Assembly: GCF_006345805.1 (NCBI RefSeq)
Contig: NC_042999.1
Span: 152,582,001 to 152,646,000, forward strand
From: Octopus sinensis
Taxonomy: Eukaryota
Length of the DNA: 64,000 nt
Reading direction: 5' to 3'
The notes under the pieces are model-generated. The model had not been told where the DNA came from. It did not search any database and saw nothing but the letters and a program-made list of their open reading frames with translations. The translations under genes and the position numbers were made by a program. Numbering within the stretch: position 1 is the stretch's first letter; every line of letters begins with the position of its first letter. This document shows, piece by piece, positions 24,379-38,348 of the stretch.

Positions 24379-25656
24379 TAAGGTCGTCAAGTAAGAAATT
24401 TGTAGAAAAGAAATAAAAGATTGCTAATGTTTTATAAATATAAGGAATCATTTTACTCATCTATGCACCCATATTGTCAATACACTTTTGCTATTTCAGC
24501 GGTAGCTTTTCCAGCCTGGAACTGTAAAAGCTTGGCAATCTAGAATCAATAAAATCTTGGAAGGTCTGTTTTACAGCATCGTCGGAATTAAATTTTTTTC
24601 CTTTCAAAAAGTTATCGAAATTCTGGAAGAGTGATAGTCAGTGGGGGCAAGATCAGGTGAGTATGGTGGATGATGGAGAACTTCCAACTCTAACTCCTGT
24701 AGTTTCACCAATATCATATTTGCGATGTGTGGTCTGGCGTTGTCTTGCAATAAAATAGGAGTGGAACTGTTGACTGACCTAGGCAGTTTTTTCTAAGTTT
24801 CTGCATCATTTGGTCCACTTGACCGCAGTATACTTCGGACGTGATTGATGAGCTAGGTTTAATGAAATCATAATGGATCACACCTGCACCAGACCACCAA
24901 ACACACACCATCAGCTTCTTTTGATGAATTTTGCTATTTGGTCCGTGTTTTGGTGCCTCGTCTTTGTCCAACCATTGTACTGAACGTTTACGGTTGTTAT
25001 ATTGGATCCATTTCTCATCACATGTTACAATTCGATTCAAAAGTGATTCATTTTTGCGACGAGAAAGTAGCATAATTCAGGCTCCCAAACGTTGCTGTTA
25101 CTGATTTTAATTGAGTTCATGTGGAACCCACTTTTCAAACTTTTTCATTTTACCGATTTAAACTAGGTGAGCCAATATTGTCTGCTTGCTAACACTAAAC
25201 AACAAAGATAATTCACGGGCACTTTGAGATAGATCTGACTCGACGGTGGCTTTCAGTTCTTTATTATCCACCTTTGTTCCTTGTCGACCGCGTTGCTCAT
25301 TTGTGAGGTCAAAGTTACGAGAATGAAATTTTGCGAACCAATTTGATACTGTCTGCTGTGTAATGACATTAGAATGAAATACTTCATTATTATTCCGAGC
25401 TGTCTGTGATGTATTTCCAAGAAAGAACTCATATTTCAAAATCGTACGAATTTCCGACTTATCCATTTCTTAACAAAAATAGCTAAAAACGATTTATAAA
25501 TACTTTATAAAACGCAAAATGAGTTAGAATAAAGTAAGAGATGTGTCAGCTTTCTATCAAAAAATAAAGATTGTCAAATTATAATAATAGCGCAAAATGA
25601 GCAGCTGTCAAAGTTTACCATATACCTTATTACAAATTTTATATTTGACGACTTTA
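24379..25656 (-). mobile_element. Full-length (~1.28 kb) mariner with defective transposase
   Basis: Imperfect TIRs TAAGGTCGTCAAGTAAGAAATTTGTA / TAAAGTCGTCAAATATAAAATTTGTA with flanking TA. Motifs WVPHEL, TCDEKW, QDNARPH and HPPYSPDLAPTDY; frameshifts and stops. Confidence 0.95.
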
Positions 25657-25661
25657 TAGTA

Positions 25662-25870
25662 AAGGCGGCGAGCTGGCAGAATCATTAGCACGCCGGGCCA
25701 AATGCTAAGTAGCATTTCGCTTGTCTTCATGTTCTGGCTTCAAATTCCACAGAGGTCGACTTTCCCTTTCATCCTTTTGGGATCGGTAAATTAAGTACCG
25801 GTGAAACACTGGGGTCGATATAATCGACTAGTCCCCTCTCACCAAATTTCATGCCATGTAGAAGGGATTA
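25662..25870 (+). mobile_element. SINE family A (short-tail variant)
   Basis: AAGGCGGCGAGCTGGCAGAATCATTAGC head and Nin-like core. Confidence 0.85.
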
Positions 25871-26199
25871 TCTATTCTATCGACCCCGGAAGAACGAACA
25901 GTAAAAATGACACAGGTGTAACTTGAACTCCTAATAAATAGCACAAGATCTTTTTCCGACGCTCTAACGACTTAACCTGTTTTCTGCTTATAGGCCTACA
26001 TAGCTTTGTTTTATATTTTTACATCCTTAAGATACATCCTCAGGTAAAAGTCACACACAGCACTCTGTATTATGCTATTATACTGGTGTTAGTCAAAAAT
26101 TTCGGAGTCCCGAGCAGTCGTCTTATAAACAAATACGAGCTTGCCTCAATGTCTCCGTGACAGGATATTCATGCAACACTTGGGATAATCACAGTGGTG

Positions 26200-26408
26200 A
26201 TCGATAACCAAACAGTCATCATGATCATCATCAACATTGTTGTCATGATTATCATCACTGCCATCATCGTCATCATCGTCATCAGCCTCATCAGCCTCAT
26301 CTTCTTCCTCATCATCATAATGACGATTAGAAGGATGACAATGACAACGATGATGGTAGTGGTGGTGATGGGGTCGGAGGATAATGATGACAATGAAGAA
26401 GGTGGTAG

Positions 26409-26448
<40 letters not shown>

Positions 26449-26560
26449 AGTGATGATGATGATTACTATGATGATGATATTGATGATTTTAGTGGTGTTC
26501 CTCGTGGCGGCGATGGTGGCGGCGGTGGTGGTGGTGGCGGCGGTGGTGGTGGTGGTGTTT
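26200..26560. repeat. (CAT)/(GAT)/(GGT)n compound microsatellite
   Basis: Read directly from the sequence; the ORFs here are low-complexity. Confidence 0.9.
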
Positions 26561-26668
26561 ATATGAGCACACATTGTTGGTTAGGAATAATTTCTCGCGA
26601 GTCTTTTTTTTCAAAATCGATCGAACATTATCATAATTTCCTGCTTTTAGAGAATACATCAACCTTAC

Positions 26669-26687
26669 CAAAGAAATAGAATCTCAT
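26669..26687 (-). CDS. Possible first coding exon, MRFYFF+G
   Basis: ATGAGATTCTATTTCTTTG|GTAAGG: a strong donor and a signal-peptide-like start, in unique sequence. Confidence 0.25.
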
Positions 26688-26944
26688 CTCAATGACACAA
26701 GAACTTTGGGTTATTTTCGGATTATTCTATAATTATTCTTTGTATTTTTGTCTCTGCGATGGTGACGAGAACAGCTTAAATTTCAGGATTTTCATCGCAC
26801 GTCTCCTTCTTACTGACTCCTTCTGTCGATCTGTTTCTCTCACTTTCTCTCACTCATTTCTTCTCTCTCTCTCTCTCTTTCTCTCTGTTTTCTTCTCTTC
26901 CTTTCTATACTGTTCTCTATCTGGTTCGATTCTTGGTAGTTCTG

Positions 26945-28038
<1,094 letters not shown>

Positions 28039-28850
28039 AATCTAACCTTCTTGAAAAGAAGACAAAATCTTTAGAAAGCCCTGGAAATGCTAGTCCTACT
28101 TCTGTGAATAAAATGTCACGAGCGAAACAACATTTTTTCGTTGCGGAAAAATAATCCCCTTCATCAGATAGGGAATACAGACCATGAAATGCTAGATACT
28201 GACCTAATAAAGAAGCTAAAAGAGGTATATTTCAGAATGGAAGAGAACAGCTTTGAAATTTGTAAATCCAAAAGCAGAATCCACTTGATTAAGTCATTGG
28301 TACATTTATTCTTTTGTAATAAAAAAAAACCCCTGTAAAACGTAAGTAAATTTAAAAGTTAAAATTAGGGAAGCGTCAGAGTCTCCCTACACCGCTGAAT
28401 CGATTGTCTTATCAATACATATCGCTTGAAAGAAGTTCTCCGAAGGTGAAACTCAACAGTTATTATTTCCATTTAATTGCTCATAGGGAGACCGTATTTA
28501 TACTATGTACCACACTAAAAGTTTATGAGTCAATACCGTGTCCTATGCATTGTTTTAAGTATATCTCTACAGATTTTCAGTAGAGTTTAGAGCCACCACT
28601 GAAAGTTACGATGTTTCGTATATGAATACGTCTTTACAAACAATGCGATCGAAGAAAGAAAGAAAAAAACAGGTAATATTGATAAAAAGGTAATAAGTGT
28701 GGAATCATATTTACCTACTTTTCTATCAAGCTCTCTGTCTTCGATTGCATTATTTACATCGATGTATTCGTAGACGAAACAGCGTAACTTTCAGTGTTGA
28801 TTCTAAGATCTGCAGTAGTTCAGATGACTATCTTGTAATGAGTTGGCTAT

Positions 28851-29420
28851 AAGGCGGCGAGCTGGCATAAGTGTTAGCACGTCGGGCGAAATGATTTGCG
28901 TTATTTCGTCTGCCGTTACGTTCTGAGTTCAAATTCCGCCGAGGTCGACTTTGCCTTTCATCCTTTCGGGGTCGATAAATTAAGTACCAGTTACGACTGG
29001 GGTCGATGTAATCGACTTAATCTGTTTGTTTATCCTTGTTTGTCCTCTCTGTGTTTAGCCCCTTGTGGGTAGTAAAGAAAGAGGTATTTCGTCTGCCGTT
29101 ACGTTCTGAGTTCAAATTCTGCCGAGGTCGACTTTGCCTTTCATCCTTTCGGGGTCGATAAATTAAGTGCCAGTCACGACTGGGGTCGATGTAATCGACT
29201 TAATCTGTTTGTTTATCCTTGTTTGTCCTCTCTGTGTTTAGCCCCTTGTGGGTAGTAAAGAAAGAGGTATTTCGTCTGCCGTTACGTTCTGAGTTCAAAT
29301 TCTGCCGAGGTCGACTTTGCCTTTCATCCTTTCGGGGTCGATAAATTAAGTACCAGTTACGCACTGGGATCGATGTAATCGACTTAATCCCTTTGTCTGT
29401 CCCCTCTATAAACAAATAAG
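28851..29420 (+). mobile_element. SINE family A trimer
   Basis: One head plus three core units; junction AAAGAAAGAG|GTATTTCGTC near 29083 and 29267. Confidence 0.92.
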
Positions 29421-30349
29421 ACAGCGACAGCCTGTATTCTCATAGCCTTTGTTTGACAAGTGGCTCATCCAGGACGAGGAGAGTAACATACAAAAATACT
29501 CGGAAGGTACACATTTTCAGTTAAGTAGAGCAATATGGCATGAAGTTCCTTGCTCAAGGATGCAACGCACAGCGCAATAAAGGGATTGAATTCCATTACT
29601 ATGATCACGAACGGAACGCCTATCCCCCTTCGTCGTGCACATTTACGATGATCCTAGATGAGAATCAGTTATTTGGTTGTCGGTCAGCACAACCTTCTCA
29701 AACTGACGAGGAACTCCCAAAATGGTCAATAATAGGAAACAAGGAGCCTCGAAATTGCATTTTATCTTAAAATGTTTTGGATATTGTAGACTTAGATATG
29801 TAACCGTAAATGAAAGACTGTATTATTACGGCTAGAAGGTCATTGATTATATATCTGCCGGATAAGGGGATAAGCAATAGCAACAACGATAACAACAACA
29901 ACAACACCATCTTATTTCTATATTTCAAGTGGGTTATAGTAAATATAATACCTCGTTCCTTATATATTCCGGAGACTATTTAATATTTAAAAGTCTTACA
30001 TCTTTTTTCATCTCAAATATATTTATGTATTCAATTCGAAAAATACGTTCTCAGTAAATGGCAAAAACAAAATAATAAAACGTAAAACAAAATAAGATAA
30101 AATAAACGAAAAAGAAGGAATGGAAAAAAAACAGGAAAATGTGCTCTCTCCCGCTAATTTATTTCTTATATTAGAATTTTCTTTTACCAAATTCACAGTT
30201 GAAGCATTCCTTGTCGGAGAAAGTTCCCTTGGCAAATATTCTCTCGTCTGGTAAACATATTTTTCAAATATTCATACATAATATATCGATTTCTTTCGAC
30301 TCGGCTTACGGGCAATATATCATATATCGTATCATATCATATCATATTA

Positions 30350-30510
<161 letters not shown>

Positions 30511-30819
30511 GCACATATACATATATAAACAAATATATATTTATACATACACACGTGTGTGTGTATATGTGTATGTATATATGTGCTGGCAGGATAGAAG
30601 TAAATCTACTGAAACTCGCCCATGCGTATATATTTGTGGTATTTATTTTCATTTATTTTCATGGGTACAGAATATTAAATTTGAGTCCGGTGATATTTAA
30701 AGTTGAAACGAAGAAGAATGAATGTAAACTGTATGTTACTTGGATGGTCAAAAAGGTATTGCATAGCCATATCTAATTCATTTATGGTATTCTGCTCTCC
30801 TTATTCTTTATTCTGCGAG

Positions 30820-30992
30820 GAACCGAAGATGAGAAAAGAATGAGTAGTGGACAGAAAAAAGATGGACAGACACCGTCAAAAAATGAGCTGAAAAGAGAAG
30901 TCTTGTTAACGAACACGCGATACTTGGCTCAAAACCGCGACAGATGTAGAAAACTGGCGGGAAATTTGTCACAGCGACTTACATACGAGGTT
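30820..30992 (+). mobile_element. RTE-like LINE 3' remnant
   Basis: Frameshifted ...GQKKRWTDTVKK...LAQNRDRCRKL, resembling an RTE C-terminus. Confidence 0.45.
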
Positions 30993-31290
30993 TGTTCCTT
31001 CTCGAGACATGCCTGGCTCATTAGGGCTGATTTACCCGTTTCCTTGGCGTATAGGTTCGCCACCTGAACGGGACGCCGGTCCGTCGCAGGTGAGCAGCAA
31101 GATGCAGGAGGAAAGAGTGAGAGAAAGTTGTGGCGAAAGAGTCAGCGGAAGTTCGCCATTACCTTCTGCCGGAGTCGCTTGGAGCTCAGGTGTTTCGCTC
31201 ATAAACACACACATCGCCCGGTCTGAGATTCGGACTCGCGATCTCTCGACCGTGAGTCCGCTGCTCTAACCACTAGGCCATATGCCTCCA
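30993..31290 (-). mobile_element. SINE family C with V-domain-like tail and TSD
   Basis: Family C head and body; tail CCTGCGACGGACCGGCGTCCCGTTCAGG...GAAACGGG...ATGAGCC. TSD CATACGAGGTT at 30982-30992 and 31291-31301. Confidence 0.9.
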
Positions 31291-31939
31291 CATACGAGGT
31301 TGAGGGCTCAAAATGAAACGATATTGGATAAGGTAGTTCCTAATTTAAAAAGAAAGAGTTGTCACGTGTAATCAAACAAGTCTACTTGTTGAAGGATAAC
31401 ATGCCTCGGAACACCAATACAAATACAACAACCAAGTTTTGTTCTATCCAATGAGGGAAGATTGCTACACAACGCTCGACCTACTAAAAATAGCAGTAAA
31501 AATACTCTCGCGTGATACACTTTTATCATAAATTAGAACAGTAGCATATGTGTGTGTGTATGTGCGTGTATGTAACAAGATACAAACACATCCACAGCTT
31601 CTGTTTGTAGAGGTGATCTACGCATGGAAAATATATGTTCAAGTGGTACATGGGAAAAAAGCTTGTATAAGAAAGAAAACTGTATAAACCCTCGGACATA
31701 TAAAACAATACCATGAAATGTTGGTTCTAATTTTTAGCGCAAAGCCAGTAATTTCGGGGAAGGGAATAAATCGGTTACATCAACCCCAGAACGTTAAGCC
31801 GGAAAAAATACCGCTATGGTAAATGGTCGAAACTTCTTCAACTCAAATACATTCTCTGTGCATGTGAGACTTTTACATTGAGTATTGCATTGTCAGAAAT
31901 TTCATTAACCCATCCATTTTTCCCACCTGCCCCCACTTC

Positions 31940-32330
31940 TTTTTAGGAAAATCGTTGAGGTAGATTCCTCAGGCACATTCTTCGATGGGACTTATCAGAA
32001 GTAACCGCTATTGGATTCCTAAGCGCGACAAACGGAGGCTATGGATATAATCCAACCATTTCGCTCTTGTGCTACCCCTTGGTCTACCGCCGTTTGGCAA
32101 GATTTGAAGAATCTGTCTTGAGATTCTTTCCTATGGCATTCTATCCATTTCTCCATTGTACCGGGGCTGTGACTTCTTACTGGGGAAATGTTGAAAGCCA
32201 ACCTGGTGAGTCTCCCTGATTTCTGAGTTATGCTCCCTGTCGAGAATCTTTATTCCAGCGATCTTCAGAGGAGTCCCATTTCTGCCGCTTCCTTTTGCGA
32301 TCGTACTCCTTCGGAAGATTGGTTGAAATT
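31940..32330 (-). mobile_element. RTE-clade LINE C-terminal fragment
   Basis: Minus strand, frameshifted: AAEMGLL/KIAGIKILDREHNSEIRE...SQPRYNGEMDRMP*ERISRQIL...RPRGSTRAKWLDYI...RLGI. Confidence 0.75.
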
Positions 32331-33829
32331 AACTATCAAATTTGAATTTAAAGTCTAAATACAAAAAAGAAGCAACTATATCGATTGTAAATCCACTGCA
32401 CAAAAATAATGCTACAGTAAATTTATCAGAATACTATAATGGAGGTGAAAAGTCTGGTGCAGAGCGATATTATAAAAATATTTATGTGTGGAACGACATT
32501 ATGAAAATATTTACGTCTGCTATACGGGATAGGAAAATGATAATGCAATATTAAAGTGTAAACATATGTTCTTATATTACATTCAAATGAATATATTTAT
32601 TTTTCAAAGTTGAAAATATATTTCTAGAGAACACTATGATTGTGTGTGAGTGTCATTATGTTTAGATGAGGCTAAAATATTATATGCTAATAGGCTATAA
32701 ATAGCTCATTAGTGGTTTTAAACTTATATTATTGCGACACCCTTCCTAGTTGCAGGTTTACAGACGAAATAAATATATTACCGTCTCTTATATCCTAAAG
32801 TCTAAAAATACACAAAAATAACACACAGAATACACTCGAAGTTTAATTCAGACTTTAATTTTTAATGTACAGAAATATCCACAGAGACATCTAAAATCCC
32901 GCCCACTTCCCATTTTCAGCTCAATGGCTGTAAACCTTTTATTAAGAATTGAATTAATATAAACTATACTTGTAAAAATTTTGTGAAATCAAGTGGCAAT
33001 TTGAATTGTTTAATCAGGAAGACTCACCGGGTAATAAATTACGTTTCAGCTTATGAAAACATTTCTTAAAAAATTCACCCACAACAGTAAAATTTTGGAA
33101 ACTCTTAGCCATTGTTTCAAGTCAAGCCAGTTAATTAAAATGTACACAAAAAACATATTAGTTTGACCTTGAATTCCTTTAAAGTTAGATGTTATCAGCA
33201 GACATATGCATTCAAAGAACAGGAAAAATTTCTACAATCATCTCCAAGCACATTTGTCCTGTATGTTATTAAGGTGTAGATTCATTAAGGCTTAAAATTA
33301 AATAATCAATATTCTGTCTCACAATTTAAGATGCTCTCCTTCATGTTATATAAACATACACTTTTTGTAATAATTATTCAGCAAAATTACGCATTAAAGA
33401 TATAAAAACATTATCGGCACAACGCATATAACCTTCTACATTATCTAAACGGGTGTTTCAAACAACAATTTATACTTCAAATAGATGAATAAAGCAAAAA
33501 CAAACAAATAAAAAATGAATGGGAGCAATGTAACTCGAAATTTTCCAATTTTCAAGAGGTTAAATAGGTCCATATATTGCTAATTATTTCTTACTTGTTA
33601 CACTTTCCATACACACGCAATCGTCGCCATTTTACATTGTCAATCTATTACATATACTGTGTCATAATTTCTCCATGTTCCGAAGAAGCGCTATGCTCAA
33701 AACGTAAAACTACTACTTTTTTCCTTCTCTGAGCGTCTTATTAATACGTTGCTTGTGTTACATCCACACACACACGCACGCACACACACATACACACACA
33801 CACACACACATACATATGTATATACTTTT

Positions 33830-33978
33830 TTACTCTAGGCACAAGGCCCGAAATTTTGGGGGAGGGGACCAGTCGACTCCAGTACCCACTCGGCGGAATT
33901 CGAGATCAGAGCGTAAAGACAGACGAAATACTGCTAAGCAATTCGCCTGGTGTGGTAACTTTTCTGCCAGCTCGCCTT
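33830..33978 (-). mobile_element. SINE family A, internally deleted
   Basis: Head end TTCTGCCAGCTCGCCTT on the plus strand, and CTCGGCGGAATTCGAG. Confidence 0.75.
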
Positions 33979-34007
33979 TACACACACACACACACACACG
34001 CACACAC

Positions 34008-34039
<32 letters not shown>

Positions 34040-34059
34040 CACACACACACATATATATA

Positions 34060-34092
<33 letters not shown>

Positions 34093-34097
34093 AGCCC

Positions 34098-34314
34098 TAT
34101 AAGCCCTCGACAGAAAAAGTAGGCTTTTCCATCTGCGTGAGATTCGAACCCACATCCATTTGTTAACGCTACTGTGTCACCATTACACCAGCTTCCCTGT
34201 TTCTGTCCAATTTGTGTTCGAGTCACATGCAGTGTGGGTCCGAGTCCCACGCGGGCTGTGGGTTCGTGTCCCACGCGAATAGCAAAGCGTACTTTATTCT
34301 GTCGAGGGCTTATA
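34098..34314. mobile_element. Palindromic (MITE-like) element containing tRNA-like A/B boxes
   Basis: ~55-bp imperfect TIR TATAAGCCCTCGACAGAA...GAACCCACA. Minus-strand A-box TGGTGTAATGG and B-box GGTTCGAATCT. Confidence 0.75.
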
Positions 34315-34387
34315 TGCCCTATTATTAGATTATTTTCTATACTCATTGCACGATGATCGCTATAAGCTTTAAGCTTATGCAGATACC

Positions 34388-34437
<50 letters not shown>

Positions 34438-34629
34438 TATAGTTATGCCTATTTTTTATTTTTGTCTAGCCAGTCTTTTACTACTAAAGGTTTCGCTTGC
34501 GGACGTACAGGCATTTAAACAAGTAGTAACTTGCCTGAACACACTCTGTCAATCTTGAGCAAACGCAGGCAAAATTACATATTTTTCTTTATTGTAGTAA
34601 TTACAATGAAAGAAGATATGTAATGACCA

Positions 34630-34996
34630 TTATTACCCTGCGCGTAAGAAAAAGCAGGGTATTGTAGCCGCTCGTGTTAGTCTGTTTGTGTGTTTACAAA
34701 ATTACTGGAAAACGGATGAACGGATTTTCACAAAATGTGACAGAAATACTCATTGGGTACGTGGTTCAAATTCATTAAATTTTGGCTTGATAATCTTCAT
34801 ATCTGGCGGACAAATGAATCAAAATGTTTTGTTTTCTTTTTGTCTTTGTTACATATTCATAAACCATAGGCTGGGGAAATAACACGAGATGTCATTTTGC
34901 TTAAATATGAATTCGTCTGTAAATATATTTATTAAATTAAATTTTATTTTATCCTTGTGTGCAGGATATGCATCGCCCGTCCGACGCCTTATTTTT
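34630..34996 (+). mobile_element. DINE-1/HINE-like non-autonomous Helentron
   Basis: 5' subTIR TACCCTGC with nearby inverted GCAGGGTA, a GTCT/GTTT microsatellite remnant, 3' subTIR GCAGGATA, stem-loop GCATCG..CGACGC and a T-rich end. Confidence 0.7.
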
Positions 34997-35669
34997 CATT
35001 TATACTTTGTCTTGCATATCACAACTGGAGCATAACCACGGATTCACAATATAGAATGGTGATGAACTATGACCTCGGATCTTGCTACAAGAATAAGCGG
35101 TGTTCTTTACTGATCTAAACAATATTGTTAACATGGTGTGCTAACAGAAAACTTATAAAATATTTTGCCTGGATTGGTAATCTCTCTTTAATAATTCTAT
35201 TTTAACCATATATATATATATATTATATATATATATATATATATATCCATTTAAGGGCTTACAAAAACTGTTATATTTGCTTACCAATAATATCCTGAAC
35301 TGCAAGAATCTAGGGTTGTACATAAGTTCCGAGTGGGAAGACACGTTTATATCTTCTTTTTCTATTTCTAACATTCTTCTCTCTTATTCCTTTCTAAACT
35401 GCGTTACTTATAACATTAAGCATGTCAGGTTAATATATGCATTGTTTATATTTTGATTCGATTTTAAAATATTTTAGAGTTAAAATCCTGCTGAATTGTG
35501 GTTGTTTGACTCTTTGACATTTGCTGCAAATCTATAAATTCCTCGGTTTGCTCATCTTATGTATTGTAAATGCATTTATATATTTCATTAACGTTACTTC
35601 TTTTTTTATCCACATGGGACCATGTTCGGAAGAACAGAGAGGTCGTTCGTTTAATTCAGCTATACGTAC

Positions 35670-35685
35670 TTATCTATCTATTTAC

Positions 35686-35771
<86 letters not shown>

Positions 35772-35790
35772 GTCTGTCTTCCTATCTATC
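35670..35790. repeat. (TATC)n microsatellite
   Basis: Read directly from the sequence. Confidence 0.95.
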
Positions 35791-36044
35791 TGGCTATCTA
35801 TTATCTATTAGGTGTTTTATTATTAAATACATGCATATATATATATATATAGATATATATATTATATATATATATATATAATATATATACATATCTATGT
35901 AGACATATACATATATGTGTATGTATGTATATATATCGACGTTAACATTCATATACAATATAAATTCATTGCATATATATGCATACATGCATGATATATA
36001 CATACACACACACTTATTCCCCACCACATATATATATGTACATG

Positions 36045-36205
36045 GCGCCATTGCGTCTGTCTTTACGCTTTGTGTTCTAATTCCGCCGAGGTCGATCTTG
36101 CCTTTCGTTCTTTCGGGGTCGCTAAAATAAGTGTACTAGTTAAGCATTGGGATCGATGTGTCGACTTCTTCTTCCCATGCCAATTGTTAGCCTTGTGCCA
36201 AAAAT
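36045..36205 (+). mobile_element. SINE family A, diverged partial copy
   Basis: CCGCCGAGGTCGATCTTGCCTTTCGTTCTTTCGGGGTC core. Confidence 0.75.
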
Positions 36206-36289
36206 TTGCTGGAAGTTTTTTACTATAAAATAGCAGAACAGATCATCAGAGGAAGAATCTAAATGCAATAAACGTGGGGGATATTCTGT

Positions 36290-36532
36290 TATTCTTTTAT
36301 TCTTTTACTTGTTTCAATCATTTGACTGCGGCCATGCTGGAGCTCGGCCTTTAGTCGAGCAAGTCCACCCGGGACTTATACTTTGTAAACCAATAGTTAT
36401 TCTCTAGGTTACTTTTGCTGAACGCTATGTTACGGGGATGTAAACACACCAGCATCGGTTTTCAAGCTATGTTGTGGGGAAAAACACAGATACACAAACA
36501 CACACACACACACACAACACACAACACCACAA

Positions 36533-36624
<92 letters not shown>

Positions 36625-36995
36625 TATATATATGACGAGCTTCTTTCAGTTTCCGTCTACAAAATCCAGTCACAAGACTTTGGTCGGCCCGAGGCTATAT
36701 AGTAGAAGACACTTGCCCAAGGTGTCATGCAGTGAGACTGAGCCCGGAACCATGTGGTTGGTAAGCAAGCTGCTTACCACACAGCCACTCCTGCGCCTAT
36801 ATATATAAATATATTATATATATATAACATACATACAACGAGCTTCTTTCAGTTTCCGTCTACCAAAACCACTCACAAGGCTTTGGTCGGCCCGAGGCTA
36901 CAGTAGAAGACACTTGCCCAAGGTGCCATGCAGTGGGACTGAACCGGGAACCATGTGGTGGTAAGCAAGCGCTTATCACACAGCTACTCCTGCGC

Positions 36996-36998
<3 letters not shown>
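36290..36998 (-). mobile_element. SINE family B full copy (36290-36800) plus tandem 5' half (36835-36998)
   Basis: Two consecutive CTTCTTTCAGTTTCCGTCTAC...CTCCTGCGCC blocks on the plus strand. Confidence 0.88.
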
Positions 36999-37034
<36 letters not shown>

Positions 37035-37036
37035 TA

Positions 37037-37086
<50 letters not shown>

Positions 37087-37096
37087 GTGTATGTGT

Positions 37097-37390
37097 GGTG
37101 TGGAGGCGCAATGGCCAGTGGTTGAGGGTAGCGGACTCGCAGTCGTAGGATCGTGGTTTCGATTCCCAGACCGGGTGTTGTGAGTGTTTATTGAGTGAAA
37201 ACAACTGAAAGCTCCTCGAGGCTCCGGCAGGGGGTGGTGGCGAACACTGCTGTACTCTTTATCCACAAATTTCTCTCACTCTTTCTTCTGTTGGCCTGCT
37301 CGCTTAGGCGTCATTTGAAGTCTAATACAATGTGAAGCGTATTGTAACCAGCGATGTGTAGCCTGGTCGGTCACGGTGATCACGGTGACA
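37097..37390 (+). mobile_element. SINE family C, tail type 3
   Basis: GTGGAGGCGCAATGGCCAGTGG...GACTCGC...GGTTTCGATTCCC head; tail TTGGCCTGCTCGCTTAG...GGTCACGGTGATCACGGTGA. Confidence 0.85.
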
Positions 37391-37429
37391 TATATATATA
37401 TATATATATATTATATACATATACATACA

Positions 37430-37572
37430 AACAACGGGCTTCTTTCAGTCTACCAAAACCACTCACAAGGCTACAATAGAAGACACTTGCCCAAGGTGCC
37501 ACGCTGTGGGACTGAACCGGGAGCTATGTGGTTGGTAAGCAAGCTGCTTATCATACAGCTACTCCTGCGCCT
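37430..37572 (-). mobile_element. SINE family B 5' half
   Basis: GACACTTGCCCAAGGTGCCACG...CTCCTGCGCC on the plus strand. Confidence 0.85.
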
Positions 37573-38284
37573 ATGTAAACATATAGAAGACATTTTATAC
37601 ATATATAGCAAACAACGTCTGTATACTTTCCATACTAACATCCACGAGGGAAAAGAGAGTATTAAAATAAAGTTTCGAAACATAGATATAAATATAAATA
37701 AATATAAATATAAATAAATATTCGAGTAAAAATAGATAAAATATGGAGAAATCACATTTAATTGAAGAGTAATCACGGCCCATAAGTCAGAAGTTCAAAG
37801 TGCAACAATGCAGTAGACCCACTGGAACTCCAACTTACCATAAAAAAGCTAATACGTGAATGAATATATATATTAAATGCATAGGCTTAAAATCGGATTC
37901 AGCTATGTTAGAAAAGAAAAAATTTAATGCAAGAGGAGAAAACCGCAAAACAACAGAACAATATTGAGAAAAATAGGAAAACAAGCCCTGCGGTGATCGA
38001 AACTTAACAGTAACTTGTTCAACAGACTAAATGAAGGGGAAATTGTATGACCTTTAGGCCGCAGAAGTGCGACGCCAATTTTGACTTGTCAGGAAATAAA
38101 TGGTAATTGAATAGAATAATTGCTGCATGTTTATAAATGTGTAGACTAGCTTTTCCATAGTGCTGTTTCGTTTCTATGAAGTCATCCAAACTATATATAT
38201 ATATGCATATTTATGCATATATGTATATGTATATATATATATTATATATATCTATATATATATATTATATATATATATATATTA

Positions 38285-38318
<34 letters not shown>

Positions 38319-38348
38319 ATTATATATATAATATATATAAACAATGCT

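Noticed and set aside
28851-29420. Direct repeats as a CRISPR array
   Set aside because: The units are SINE bodies with no unique spacers, in a eukaryotic context with no cas genes.
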